Part shown: piece by piece, positions 25,851 to 39,405 of the stretch
Position numbering within the stretch: position 1 is the stretch's first letter
How the letters are laid out: each line of letters begins with the position of its first letter
Assembly: GCA_001938485.1 (NCBI GenBank)
Contig: MQRK01196814.1
Span: 72,367 to 130,540, forward strand
From: Girardia tigrina
Taxonomy: Eukaryota
DNA length: 58,174 bases
Reading direction: 5' to 3'
The notes under the pieces: generated by a model
Seen by the model: the letters and a program-made list of their open reading frames with translations, nothing else
The model's database searches: none
Told to the model about the DNA's origin: nothing
Program-made: the position numbers and the translations under genes

Positions 25851-26439
25851 ATTATTTTCAAAGTATCAGATAATGTCACTTAATGTATTTTCCATTGAAT
25901 CAATGCATTTGAAAATTATCCAAAAATAAATCAGAAATTTGTTGCAAAAATACTTATGGTGCAGGTTTTATCAGTAAAATCAACAATAAAGCCATCGAAA
26001 CAATAAAAACAAGTTATTTGCATTTAACTATTTTATTAGTTTAAATTGAAATCGCCTCCGAAAAATATTATTACTGAGATATACGACCAATATTTTGATC
26101 TAACAAATGATGTACAAAAGCTTTGACTTTGAAAACCGAAGGGCAATTGGATTAGAAATGCTCTAACACAAGCTCAAAAAAACGGGTGTAAGGAGATTGC
26201 TCAAAAGTTTATTCACAGTCAAAATGGATCTCTATTTTTTGATGTTGTTCGCCTTGATAAAAAGTAACAATTCTTCAAACCCTGGATCGTCTTACTCCAG
26301 GAAGTCGTACTCCATGACCGAATCGATTTTCACCGAAAGCAATCTTTATTATTTTTTTAGGGCTAAACAGAATTTATTTATTGCTACTAGTTCTCATTCG
26401 GCAAAATCCGAGAGTATCCATGATTGTTATAAATACAGG

Positions 26440-27200
26440 AGTCCTAAGTTAGTAACAGTACGTTAAGATCGAAATCTGTCACAGTTGCAACAGCCTAAAA
26501 GGATTATTCTATATTTAAAACAGTGTAGGAACAATCAACTTGCAGTACGGTCTGGTGGTTTGACAGTTAAAAGACAGCTGATAAAGTTTGGATTGAAAAA
26601 TGTGATTGTCAAAAGGAAACCTATTCTTAATAAAGTGTACAATATGAGACAATGAGAAGTGAACCATATTGGCCATTCATGAAGCAAATTTTGAAGATGC
26701 TTAACTTTTTGTGACAAAGTGCTACTTTATGTTTTCCAAGAGAATTCAAAATACTTTATGAGGAAGGTTTGCTAGAAAATAAAATCCAATATCGAAAATC
26801 CCTAGCGGAGGTGATATTGTAAACGTTTAGGGTACCATTACTTCTACTGGAGTTTAATCATCTCAATGAATTTACAGAAGATTTGATTCCTTCATTAGAC
26901 CGGTGTTTTAAATAGAAAATTGATTTCAAATTTCCAACACCTGAATCACTTCCTCATTCAAGAGGAAAATGCCCCTGGTCCGTGTGATCGTCATTTAATG
27001 AAGTACTAGGACGAAAAGTAGAACAAGGTAGTAAGCCAAACAATAATCTTAAGAATTCCTCTTCACCCATGAGTCCAGACATGAATATTATTGTTGTGCT
27101 CGGACTCAAGTAAAGCCTTGATCTACATCAAATTGTTAATGCTGATGAACTTTTTCAGGTGGCCAGTGATTTTAATTAAATATATAAATTTTAGTTTTTT
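26440..27200 (+). mobile_element. Decayed Tc1-like transposase
   Basis: TVKRQLIKFGL..KRKPIL, QEENAP, SPDMNII remnants. Confidence 0.6.
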
Positions 27201-29054
27201 ACAAATCGTCAATTTCCTTTGACCTGATGTTTAAATAAATAACTACTTTTGATTTTAGGAAAGTTATTTAAAAAATATAATACGTAAATTATAAAATTAT
27301 CAGATTATATATAAACAATAAAACGATTTTTTCATAAAAAAATATTTACTTTTCTTTCTTCAAATTCTTTCATTAAAGTGTGTTTTTAAAAATACATTAA
27401 AGTAATTATGGACTAAAAAATTTAATTTTTCAAAAAAATTCTCAAAGCTCACGAACATAAACTTTTATAATACTCAGAACAAGACAGCAATATTTTCTTT
27501 GAATTAAAAAAATAAAGAAGTGTTATTCTATTTCCTGCAAATTCAATTACAACCTCTCCAGCCAAAAAAAGAGTCTGCAAAAAGTAATATATATATATAT
27601 ATAAATGTTGTTGTTGAAATAAAAAAATAAAGAAAATTTTCGTACAACTATAGTAATTTATTTTCTCTCTTTTTGTGAATTAAAAAAAATAAATTATAAA
27701 AAAGTTTATTTTATTATATTTATATAAATGATGAACTCTTTGTTTGTATCAGAAACAACAGTCTCACTTTATAAAACAAACTGTAATCCTCAGACGACGC
27801 AAATATTTTCAGTTTTATTTATATAAATTTATATACAATTTCAAGAAAAAATAAATTATTTAAAATCAAGTTTATATTTTCTTAATTATTAAATTTAATT
27901 TCATTTAAATTGTGTTTTTTTGTCAACGTGTGTATGTGAAATTATGAGTTTTTTTTAAATTCTTTGGCGACATTTTCATTGACATATTTATTACTTTTAC
28001 GTTTTTCTGTCTATTTACAGTCTCTACTTTATTATTTATTTAGGTTTTTTATAACTTATTTGAGTTTTATTTCACGTTATTTTAATTTTGTAATCAGAAG
28101 AGAATTTAAATAGAAATAATTTTATATTTAGTTATTGTAATTGATTTTCTAATTATTAAGAGTTATTTAAGAATGTCTTGGAAACACAAAGAAAAACTCG
28201 TCTAAAGTAGTTAAGAAATCCTCTTTTTACAAAACCTTCTGAGGATGCTTGTCTTTGAAGATTTTCACACTAACTCAGATGTAAAGAAACATACAAATAA
28301 TAATGATTTTCGTAAATCTAAAATATTTGAAAAAATTGATGATGTTTACTTAGAATAGTAAAGGTATATTTGAAATAAAAAGAAAGAAAATATATCTAAA
28401 AACGCAAAAAACATAAAATTCCATGCATTAAATTATTCATCGACATAAAATTCAAAATATCACACAATATATTTCTGTTATAGAGAACATTTTATAGATC
28501 AAGAAAATAGAAAGCATTCAGGGAAATTATATTAACACTCGTATTCGCTTTTATATAGAAAATATTCGTTTTTATATAGAAATTATTATTTTTCATAAAT
28601 AAATTAAAAAAAATTTTATAAAAAAAGTTAAGTGAAAATTTAAGTATAAAAAAACATTATTTTTGTGAGAAGTATTTGTAAGGTCAATATCATAATTCAT
28701 TTTACTCAAATTATATCTTTATTATTAAACAACTTTCAAACAAATTTTCCAATTATTTTCCTAATTAATAATTAATCCGCTGATCTCTATTTTCAAATAA
28801 TTTTTCATCCATTTATAATTTTAATCAAGTCAAGACAACATTCAACTTTTTTTAAATTTTTAAACAAAAATATTTATCAAAATGATTTTACATACATTAA
28901 AATTTTTTAAAAAAAATATTTAATGTTTAAATTTGTGTTTTTTACTTTAATCTTTTTTACTGTTTTTATAATTTTGTTTTTCAACTGAAATCTTTTATGT
29001 TTTTTTCTAATTTTGCGTTGTTTTTTTAAAAAAAATATTTAATATTTTATTATT

Positions 29055-32000
29055 TTAGAAATTTTGAATATACGTTAATATAATAAAATCTTTCAATGAA
29101 ATCTGTTCGTTTTTCTTTTGGGATCCAGTATTTATTGTCCTGAGTTGCCACGTTTTCCTTTTTCTGATATATTCAACAATTTGTTTTATTTCTTCATTAT
29201 TCTTTTGCCATTTGAAACCCTCTGACTCTTCGTTCAATGCAAGAATTCTCGACTTGATCTTTCCTTTCTTGGCTTCTTTATGCATCGTCGCAAGAATTTC
29301 TAGACATCGCGACAGCATTTGAATGTTTCTCGTCTTTCTCACCACTAAGAAAATTTATCCATGTTTGAGACTGTGGTGTAATAGCGTTTTCGTAGTCATC
29401 ATAAAAGTGATAGCTTTATGATCCGTTCGTAACAAAAATCTTTTCCCATACAAAAAATGTTTAAAATGTTGAGTGAAATAATAAATTGCAAGCAGTTCTT
29501 TCTTTGTTATGCAAACACCAAGTTCATGTTTATTCATTTTATGGGAACCATATGCAATTACTCTTTCTCTTCCACATATGTCTTTCTGTGATAGCACCGC
29601 TCCTATTGTATTAAAACTTGCATCTGTATCGAGTATAAAGTCTTTTGAAAAATCAGGGTATGCAAAAATTGGTGTCTTAATCATTCTTTCTTTTAATTTT
29701 TGGAAAGCTTCATCACATTCTTCAGTCCAAATCTGTTTTTTATCCTTGCTCTTACCACATAAGCCTTCTAAAACCTTTGCATATCTAGAGTAATCCTTTA
29801 TGAATTTCCTGTAGTAATTCGTCAAACCCAAAAAGCTTCTTAAATGTTTGACACATGATGGGTTTTGAAATGTTCTAATTGCACCAATCTTTGTTTTATC
29901 TGTCTCAATACCTTCTTTACTTATGACATATCCTAAAAATTTCGTTTTTTCTACTAGGAATTGACATTTCTCTGGATTTATTCTGAAACCGGATTCTTTA
30001 ATTTTCTCAAAAACGTTATGTATTCTTTAAAGATGTTCTTCTCTATCTTTTGCCAAAATCAAAATATCATCCAAATATACGACTGCTTCTTTCCAATTCA
30101 AATCTCCTAGAACTTTCACCATTAATTCTTGAAAGGTAGCTGGAGCCGCTGCAATTCCAAAAGGCATTCTTTTAAAACAATATTGACCATTCTTTGTTGA
30201 AAACGCAGTTTTAATCTTTGATTCTTCTTCTAATTCAACCTGATAATATGCATTTCCCAGATCGATTGTACTAAAATATTTTGCTCCATTCAACGTGTTT
30301 AACATTTCATCCACATTTGTCATTGGAAATGCTGGTCTTACAGTAATTCTATTTAACTTTCGAAAATCGACAGTAACTCAGATGTCTTGTTTCTCTTTTT
30401 TCCATACACACATCAGAGGGAAGTTCCATGGAGAACAACTCTTTTAATTATACCGTTTTCTTTAAAATTTCTAATGACATCATCTAGTTTATCTTCAAAA
30501 TGTTATGGTAGTAGATAAGGCTTCACTAAGACTCGTTCTCTACGAGTTTCTATTTTATGTTTCGTTAAGGAAGTTTTCCCAACATCCCACTTGTCAGCCA
30601 TGAATATTGAATTATATTCTGTTAATAGTCTCATTAGTTCGTTGTCAACTTTGGTGTTATATATTTCTTTAATTCTCTTTAGTCTATCATCATCTGTTGG
30701 ACTATCTCTAATCATCCATATGTCACTTGAATCTATAATTTCCTTCTTTAGTTTTATTCCAAATTTGTCTAAAAAGTCAACTCCTGCTAATATTTCTGGG
30801 TTGAGTACATAAAACTCTATAATTTTTTGTACTCCTTCAATTATTACTTTCAATTATTAAATAATTTATAAGTTCTGAATCATTTGCACAATGAATGCGT
30901 TTACTCGTTTTCTTTATATGAACATCTTTCATACTTTTAAGTATATCTGCTTTAACAACATTTACTTTGGCACCGGTATCCAAAAGACATTCAACATTCA
31001 TATTCATTGTATTAAATTCAATGCTTGGTCTTCCATTCAATTTGTCATATCTAATATTGAGCTTTGATATTTTCAGCATTTCTTCCTGTTTAAACTTTTG
31101 CGATTTTGTCTTTATCTCCTTATCAAAACAGTATGTTTCAAATTCTTCTTTCCAACAATCTAATTCACAAACTTCGAGAGGGGTATCTTCCAACACACAA
31201 AAACACATACAGTCATACATACCATTACATACACAATCACATACACACACATTTTTACTTTTTAGTGAAGCACACTGATCACCTCTCCTTGTGATCGTGC
31301 ATCCTCGTTTCCCTGGTCTTTTGTCTTATTCTTGTCTATTATTTGTAAGCATTCTTTGCCTCGAGTTTCCTTCATTTGATCGTGTTTCTTCATATTCGTT
31401 GTAATCGTTTTCATCATGCATTTCTGCAATATCATATCTTCGATTTTGATGCCTCTGTTGATTTCATGGGTTATTTTTTCTTTGCCATTCATTTTTCCTG
31501 GCATATTGGTCTCTTTCTTTAAATCAATTCTTGTTCATGTATCATTGCGTCCTGATATGGCCATTTTCATTGCAATAAGAACACTTTATATTTGGACGGT
31601 TTCTTCTGATGTGTCCTTCTTCGTGGCATGCTCAGCCTTTTACAACTTTTGAATAGTTATTTCTCGGTTTGTATTCATTATTTCTTTGATTAGTGTACCT
31701 ATTTTAAATATTTCTTTGTTGATTGCGTTCTATATAGTGTGGTTTACGTTTGCCTACCGTTTTCCATTCATCATGTTTACCTACTGTATTGTATGCCACA
31801 ACTGTTTCTTCTTTTTCCATTTTGCGTAGTTCATACATATTTGAAACTACATCTTTTATGTCCTTTGTTTCGGTAGCTCCTCTCAATTTCAATTCTATTT
31901 TCACCTCATAATCGTCAACCATATTCATGCAAATAAGGTTGAGCAACTTTTTCTTAGAAAGTTTACTTTCTGTTAATATCGCTACTAATTCATCGGCTTT

Positions 32001-32420
32001 TTTGAACGTTTCTTCGGGATCTGAAGATCCCCACCGGAGATTTAAAATATCCTTCATTGTGTCGAGCAGAGATTTTTCTTTCACAAATGCCGTTTTAAGC
32101 TTTTCTTTATACGTATTTCCATCTGTTTCTGAAAATTTTGTGATTGCTGATGGAGTCTTGAAGATCGTCACCATCTTCTATTTTCTGTTATATCCATAAT
32201 ATGAGCATAACGTTCGAAATTTTTTATGAAGTCATCTAATTTGGACTCAGATCCATCGAATTTTTCGTGTCCCATAATGTTCGTTGTCACATGAGCTGTG
32301 GTCGCCATATTAACAACATCAATATAAGTTTTACAACATTTATTAATATCAAAAGCGCATTCACTATTTGACATTTTTCTTGATTGATATTTGGATTTTG
32401 GATTTTCTTTTAATTTCAAA
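29055..32420 (-). mobile_element. Gypsy/Ty3 LTR retrotransposon internal region (gag, protease, RT, RNase H), inactive; no LTRs or integrase core seen
   Basis: Cys/His knuckle remnants, LLDTGA, DLGNAYYQ, MPFG, VYLDD, LDTDAS, ELLAI, RTDHK; many frameshifts. Confidence 0.95.
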
Positions 32421-32438
32421 TTACGTAAAATTTCAATT

Positions 32439-33700
32439 ATGACAATGTCGCATGTTGAAACTTCTCTTCATTCTTTGGAGCCATTTAAAAAAGAATTCGA
32501 CTGTCACGAAGACAGAGAAATTCTTTTTTCAGAGATAGAGAGACTGTGGTGTACAGGTCGAGTTTGTGACTTTATTATTGAAGCTACAGGAATCGAATTC
32601 CACTGCAACTGTATTTGCCTTGTTTCTATATCGAAATTTTTCTCATGTTTTGACAAATACAACACAGTTTCACCGGTGTGAGGACAGGTTAATTCTTTCA
32701 ATTTTTGAAATAATTAATTTTTATAAATAATCTCTAAAATAAGGAAATGTTTAAAATCAAAAGTTTTCTAAACAAAAAGTTTATAACTAAAAGAAATATC
32801 TTAATTAATTTTAATTAAGTTATTTTCATAAATAATTGAATTTTAATTGTATTGTTTTAATTGTTTTGTATTTATTTTAAAAGTTATTCTGAAGAATAGC
32901 TTTATGAATTTTTTTGTCAGAGATGTAATATAAAAAAGATAATTTTCAATTTAAAAGTCAGTTGGAAATTCTGTTAATTAAAATTCGATAAATAATTAAT
33001 AAAAAATATATAGAAACTGTCATTAAAAATTTTATAATTAATGAATCGTAATCAAATTATAATAAATTTAAATATTGCTTAAATTAAATATTTTTGTATT
33101 TTAAATTCGTAAATTGTATTTCAAAAAGAAATGATACGAATAAATAGTTAACATAATTTTAGATAATGAAATGTTTTTTTTTTAAAAATTGAAATATTGA
33201 TAATAAATAAAACGTTAAACTCTTTTTTTGTTAATTTGGTTAAAATAAATTTTGCTGATTATATACTAATTTTAAATTAAATTTTTTCCAATAATAGAAT
33301 GTTAATCTATAAAATTAATGAAAAAAATTCAATTTTTAAAATCTCATTTTTAATAAATAGCTTATCAGTATTTATCATTCCATATTTCTATGTATAAGAA
33401 ATCTGCTCAAAAGAAAACGAAAGTTCCTCAAGAAAAATTGTTTAAATAATATTTATTTGTGTTATTAATAAATTTTTGGTGTTAATGAATTATAATCTTG
33501 ATCAAGAACCCAACAATCTGTAACTAAAAAAATAACAGTAAAATTTTCTTTCACTGATGCCGTTACAATAAATACAATCCTGCAGTACATTTATACCAGT
33601 CAATTAATTATTAAATGTAATAATCTTATCCATCTGATATATGCTGCAGGATTATTTCCTCTTTGCTTTATTCGGTTATAATGAAATTTATTCTGAAATA
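32439..33700 (+). pseudogene. Intronless BTB/POZ (Kelch-like) fragment in two pieces (32439-32700 and 33554-33700)
   Basis: ERLWCTGRVCDFIIEATGIEFHCNCICLVSISKFF joins in frame to TDAVTINTILQYIYTSQLIIKCNNLIHLIYAAGLF; internal stops. Confidence 0.8.
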
Positions 33701-33869
33701 TATGGGAATAAATGCGAGAATCGAATCTTATCTCAAGGAATACTACCACAAAATCAAAACAAAATGGAGTCACCAGTCTTACTGGAGTCTCAGACAAATC
33801 TCAAAGTTGTAAATAATATCGAAATAGTGTTGAATGAATGTTTGAGGCTGATCAAATAGTGTAAATTAG

Positions 33870-34122
33870 GCGATCAAGACTACAACGAAATGACCAAAGA
33901 AAATCTCGAGAGCGTCAAAACCGTCCAACTGGTCGCTCTAAGGATGATGACAAAACCGACGAGAAAGGGTTCCTAATCAATCTGTTTGATTCCTCGGGTC
34001 GCGTAGATTTCAAAGGCAAAGTAACAGTAGCCTTAAGAGTGACCGATGAGGCGCTGGTTGTTCTCGACATGTGCGTACAGGCGGAGACGGTGTTATGCCA
34101 GGCGATCACCGAGAGAATCAAA
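33870..34122 (+). pseudogene. EEF2: Elongation factor 2 G-domain fragment
   Basis: [50 protein letters not shown] versus eEF2 [55 protein letters not shown]. Confidence 0.9.
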
Positions 34123-35225
34123 GTATGTAAGCTCCTTTCGTGTCTCTCTCTCGTCCCAGTGTCTCCGCGTTCCTAACACCGGAGCCCCGCAGCTGCACCG
34201 CATCCACCCTTTTGCCATCAACAATAAAAATGAAAAAGTTTGAAACACTAACAAACCCATAGCAATAAACATCACACCTAAAAAAAAGAAAATTACACCA
34301 GAAATTGAAACAAATGTAGACTTAAAATAAATCACCCTCAGAAGTAGTTTTTCAATAGTTTTAAATTATAGATTACTTACATACTCCAATATCACTGTAA
34401 ACTCAAAGTGGTAGGCTCTTATTAATGAAAACAGAAATTGTTCTAAATATTAAAATAGAAAAGATTCGTTTCCGGGATGCATTTAATAAAAAACACTGAA
34501 CCCTTTTCAAGTATGAACGTAAAGCAAGGTATAAACCGGATTATCTCTGCATAAAAATATTACAAATTGTACATTTAATCACGAAATTAGAACCAAAAGA
34601 GAGGGTATGTGTATGGTAATGAGATGAATCGACCCTTTAATCTGGGTGTAATAACGAAAACAAGAAACGTGCTTTTGAACGCTTTTTATATTAATGTATC
34701 CCATGATTTTCACTTCAAACAATCAATAATTAATTCGCAATCTTTGTACTCTATGTTACTGAATTCAATAAATATCTACTTCCCTTCCATTGGAATCATT
34801 AACTTCTTTTTAACCTGTCTTGTTTTTATTTTATATTTGAAATATATAATGTTTCATATTAAAGTAAGTTTCATAAAATATAATATTTTGCAAACAAAGC
34901 ATATTTCAAAACATAAAAGTGTTTCTTTATAAGTTAGAAACAGAATTACCCATACCTTAACAATTCCTAAAACATTCCTTATTTTTATCTTTGAGTCTCA
35001 TAATCACAGAATATTTAAGTTATATTCTTTGACAGTTTTACATTTAAAAATTTTGGTATTTAGAAGTTTTTTCAAACAGCAATATTATTTAATAACTTCT
35101 ATTGAAAATGCTTTTTAAAATAAAATTAAACAATTGGAACAAAATTTTAAAATATATTTCGACAGTTTTACAGTCATTTTCAGATCTCTGCTAATTGGGA
35201 AATGGATTATTATGTATAGCGAAAA

Positions 35226-36153
35226 TATTAGGTTGTTGAAAAAATAATGTCGTTTTTTGAATGGTCCTTGTTAATTACTCCGAACGTTTCGGTCTGTTTA
35301 TCAAGAAAACAAGACTCTTCTTATGAAAACATTTATTCAAGAACAAGAATATACAATCACGCTTAATTTAAATATTCGCCGAAAATCTGAATATTAAAAC
35401 AAATATATTTATTTGTCATATATTCATTTTATCATTTAATAATTCAAATTAAGATCATCGTGTTAATAATTACATTGAACGGGAGAGAACAACATACTCA
35501 ACAAATTTCAATCAACATTAATTATCAAACAAACCTCTCACAGTCCTGATTTGTGATCATGTATTGAAATAAATCTTTATCATTTATTTATGTTTTATAC
35601 GTAATTTTAAAGCTTATGAAAAACCCTATATTTTTATGATAATATTAAACATTTTTATATATTTTTATATTTAATTATTTTCAATTGGCTTTCGAATTTT
35701 GATTTTAATAATCTGCCAATTTTTTTCAATTTATTCACAATTTTTATGATACTTTGTTTAAATATTAACTTTAAAATAACGTGTTTATTTAAATAGTTTT
35801 CAATATGCAAAAAGCAAGATATGAGCAATATTTTCTATGAATTCAAACTTGGCACAAAGCATACTCACCTGACTGCTCACCTTTTGATTATCACTTTTTC
35901 AAACATCTTGACATTTTAATCCAGGAGAAGAACTTCAAAAATCAAGGGGATGCTAAAACTACCTTCAACGATTTCATCGTCTCCAGATAGCCAGAATTTT
36001 ATGCAAACGGAATAACTAAACTTAGGCAACATTTGGCAAAGTGTATTGATGCTAACGGTTTTTATTTCGAATAATAAAGTTGATTCTACGCTGAGATATT
36101 TGTCTTTAAAGATTGAGGTTAAAAAACGACATTATTTTTTAAACAACCTAATA
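35226..36153 (+). mobile_element. Internally rearranged mariner
   Basis: TIRs ttaggttgttgaaaaaataatgtcgtttttt / aaaaaacgacattattttttaaacaacctaa with TA ends; only the C-terminal AYSPDCSPFDYHFF part remains. Confidence 0.85.
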
Positions 36154-37340
36154 TATTCAAAAACTCTTTTAAATTGTTTGAAAGTTCCTTTTGAACATTG
36201 ATTTTAGGATGACTAAATTCTTTACACGATATATTATCGCCGAAAATTTAAAAAATTTATACTGAAATTACATTTACAATTTTGTCTATGCTCTGCAACT
36301 TATTTGAACTAGTTTGAATACATGTCGCATTGCACCAATTAAATGTATACTGTTGTGACCTTATTATAGGTTATATTATATATTATATATTAATTTTAAG
36401 ATCGATTAGTAAATTTACATTTTGATAGTTGTAATCATGACTTGTTTAAGGTTAAAGAAATAAATTCATTATCAATTGTTGAATTCATTATTTTTTCGTT
36501 AGAGCCTTTTAAAAGTGGAATTGTTCTTTCTATAGATTGAATACATTTTGGTCCCCCACATACACTGTCGGGACTTCTAATATAAAATATATTAAATTTC
36601 TATGATATATATTTATATTAGTTAAATTTATCTTTACCCTGTCCTTACTGGAGAGCACTAACTAATCAGACACTCCACTGAAACTCGGAAGAATTACTTT
36701 AATATCGGTTATTTTTACAATTATGTTAAACAATTATTATTATAAAAAATAATTATTAAATTAACAAATCAGTAAGAAGATTGATGTTGCTATAAACGAT
36801 AAAAATAAAAATTATGAATTGATTGATAATCAAGTAAAACCAAACAGTAAATATCTATCTATATATATTTTTTGACTAAATATCTTAAAATATCCATAAA
36901 ATAAACATTTAACCTTCGAAAACTCCAATCTTGTGGAATCAACCCTATAACATATTTTATTCTATTTTGTTCTGAAATTCCTCCCTGTTTATCAATCGAA
37001 TTTATTCTCCAAGTATATCAAAATCAACTACAAAATAATACTAAAAAATTAAGGAACATTTAGTTATTATATCCCTTCCCGTTTACTGACTTTAGATATT
37101 TTCATTTGTGATGCCAATTTTGCCTTTTCCCTTTTTCCTTCTTTATGTTATAGTAAAAGAAGCTTAAAGATCATCCTCATCATCTTGAAGCTTTCTTAAC
37201 ACTGGTAAAACTCTAAATCAGTAATCGGAAGACTACTGTAAAAACGTCGAATATATTATCATAAATTATATTAATATTTTATATTTGCATATTGTTTTAT
37301 TTTTTTTACAAATTGCCGTTATTTTGTATATTTATTTAAA

Positions 37341-37692
37341 ACTAGCGCGCTCGGCCCGCTTCGCGGCCCTCTCTTGCCGGGGGTTCAATGTTATTAGATC
37401 ACGCGACCTTTTTCTGAAAGCATTTTTATTGAAAATTTCAGTGTTTCGAGTATAAAAAATCGTATAACAAAAGTTTTTATTTCTGTTTAATGCAAAGTTT
37501 GAAAATCATATCTCGAGACAAAATGANNNNNNNNNNNNNNNNNNNNNNNNNNNNNNNNNNNNNNNNNNNNNNNNNNNNNNTATTTATTAATATACAATCA
37601 TTTCTTTATTGATTATAAAATCATTTCAAAAATTTACCTTACAGCGTTAGTGAGGCAGTGAGGCAGGCAGTGAGTGACTTGGGCTTTTATAA
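37341..37692 (-). mobile_element. Non-autonomous Helitron-like element
   Basis: Minus-strand 3' end has hairpin ggccgcgaagcgggcc, then CTAG|T; cagt-type microsatellite near the other end. Confidence 0.65.
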
Positions 37693-38216
37693 TTTAAAAT
37701 AAAATAAATTCTATTAATTCAAAAATTTTATGAATTCCATTTCGCTTACAACAGTTAATCCATTAAAATAGTTTTATTATTATAAATTTTGTGATTTTAT
37801 TCATCTTCCACAATTTTTATATAAACTCTTACACAAATTTTGTAAAACCAAATATGAATTATTTAATTAATCTAAGAAATAATCTTTTCAAGTTTCATTT
37901 TGTCTGCATTCATTGTATAGAAAATTGTTTAACCCAATGTATAAATAACTATTATTTATTATTATCTTTTACAATATTAACAATAAATAGTGAGGTCCAT
38001 TTAGAGAATGATAAAAAGATTATCATTCTAACTGAATTTTTTCTGACCAAACTTTATTCCTTTCAATTAAGTTTACATTCACAACAACAACGAAACTTTT
38101 TTATTGTTTATTTATTTTATTATTTTATAAATTTAAAGTTTTGTTTTAATAAATAAAGAAATTATGAGTAATTTCTAACGTTGAAGACTTTAATAGATAT
38201 TTTATGACCATTTTAG

Positions 38217-38327
38217 ATCACTCTGTGTACAGTGGGATATGGAGACACTGTTCCAAAAACAGCGTTGGGAAAATTAATTGCCGGTTGCTGTGCCATTGCG
38301 GGAATTTCTTTTTTCGCTTTACCAGCG
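38217..38327 (+). CDS. KCNQ: KCNQ/Kv7 channel exon (selectivity filter, S6)
   Basis: ttttag|...|gtaagt; [37 protein letters not shown]. Confidence 0.97.
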
Positions 38328-38849
38328 GTAAGTTTTAATTGTTGTTGAAATAAAAAAAAATTTCATCATTTTTTTCAAACAAATATAAACGTTTCTTTTT
38401 TTTACTTTTGATGAAAAAAACGAAAAAAACATATTCCAATACATCTTTTAATTAATTAAAACAGAAAAATAATATTGAAAACATTTAATTGATTGAAATT
38501 AAATTAATTATCATTTTCAAAATATAAAATAATAATAAATAAAATATGTAAATGATATAATTGATGGGAAAACGTTTTTTGATCAATTATTAAAAACTAG
38601 ATTTTTTAGCATTTTAGTATGTTTTGTTCACAAAAAACAGAATAACTTTTTAATGATCCTGTGAGAAATTAAATTGCGATTGGGAAATGTTTTGAATGAT
38701 AAATGTAGAGGCGCCCTATGGATTTCTACGACTTTTTTTCTTTTTCATTAAGTGAGGGGGACTCATTCTTTAAGTGATCACCTCCCTTAGCTTGGTAAAG
38801 AAAGAATATATATATAAATATATATAATTTAAAATTAAAAATATAAGCA

Positions 38850-39405
38850 TACAGTCGTGGCCATAATTCACCCTTGCATTTTAAAGAAAATTAATATCTA
38901 CGTGCGTGTGTGTAAGTGCATGTAAATAATGTTCCTAATCAATGTCTAATAGAATACAGCTTTAGTAGCATAACCACTATGCTATTATGATTTATAAAAG
39001 TATTTGTGTCAAGTATTTGTGACTATTACGAAATGACGGGCAACCAACTTTTACCCATTCTTAGGGCAAAAATCATCGCTTTACGCGACACTGTAGTCTC
39101 GAAACGTGCAATGGCCCCGCGATTCAATATTAGCCGCGCTGAAGTAGCCTACACTCTCCATCTTCATCAAACCCCGGGAACCTTTGCCTATACGAAACGT
39201 AGTGGAAGGCCGCGTATTTCAAGCACAGTTACAGACCAATCCATTTGCTGGTTCCCGCGCAATACAAGCTGATCTTCCAGCTAACATTGATAAATTGCCT
39301 AGTGCACGAACCATTCATCGTTATATCAGTTATTCGTTACAATATCAGTTAGTCAAAAATCTCAGTATTTTTAGGGGTGGGTGGTGAATTATGGCCACGA
39401 TGGTA
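38850..39405 (+). mobile_element. Internally deleted Tc1-like element
   Basis: TIRs cagtcgtggccataattcacc / ggtgaattatggccacgatgg with TA; HTH remnant RAKIIAL...KRSGRPR. Confidence 0.85.

Noticed and set aside
32688-33538. GT-AG intron inside the BTB fragment
   Set aside because: Splicing at these sites gives an immediate stop, whereas the direct-repeat model restores the frame
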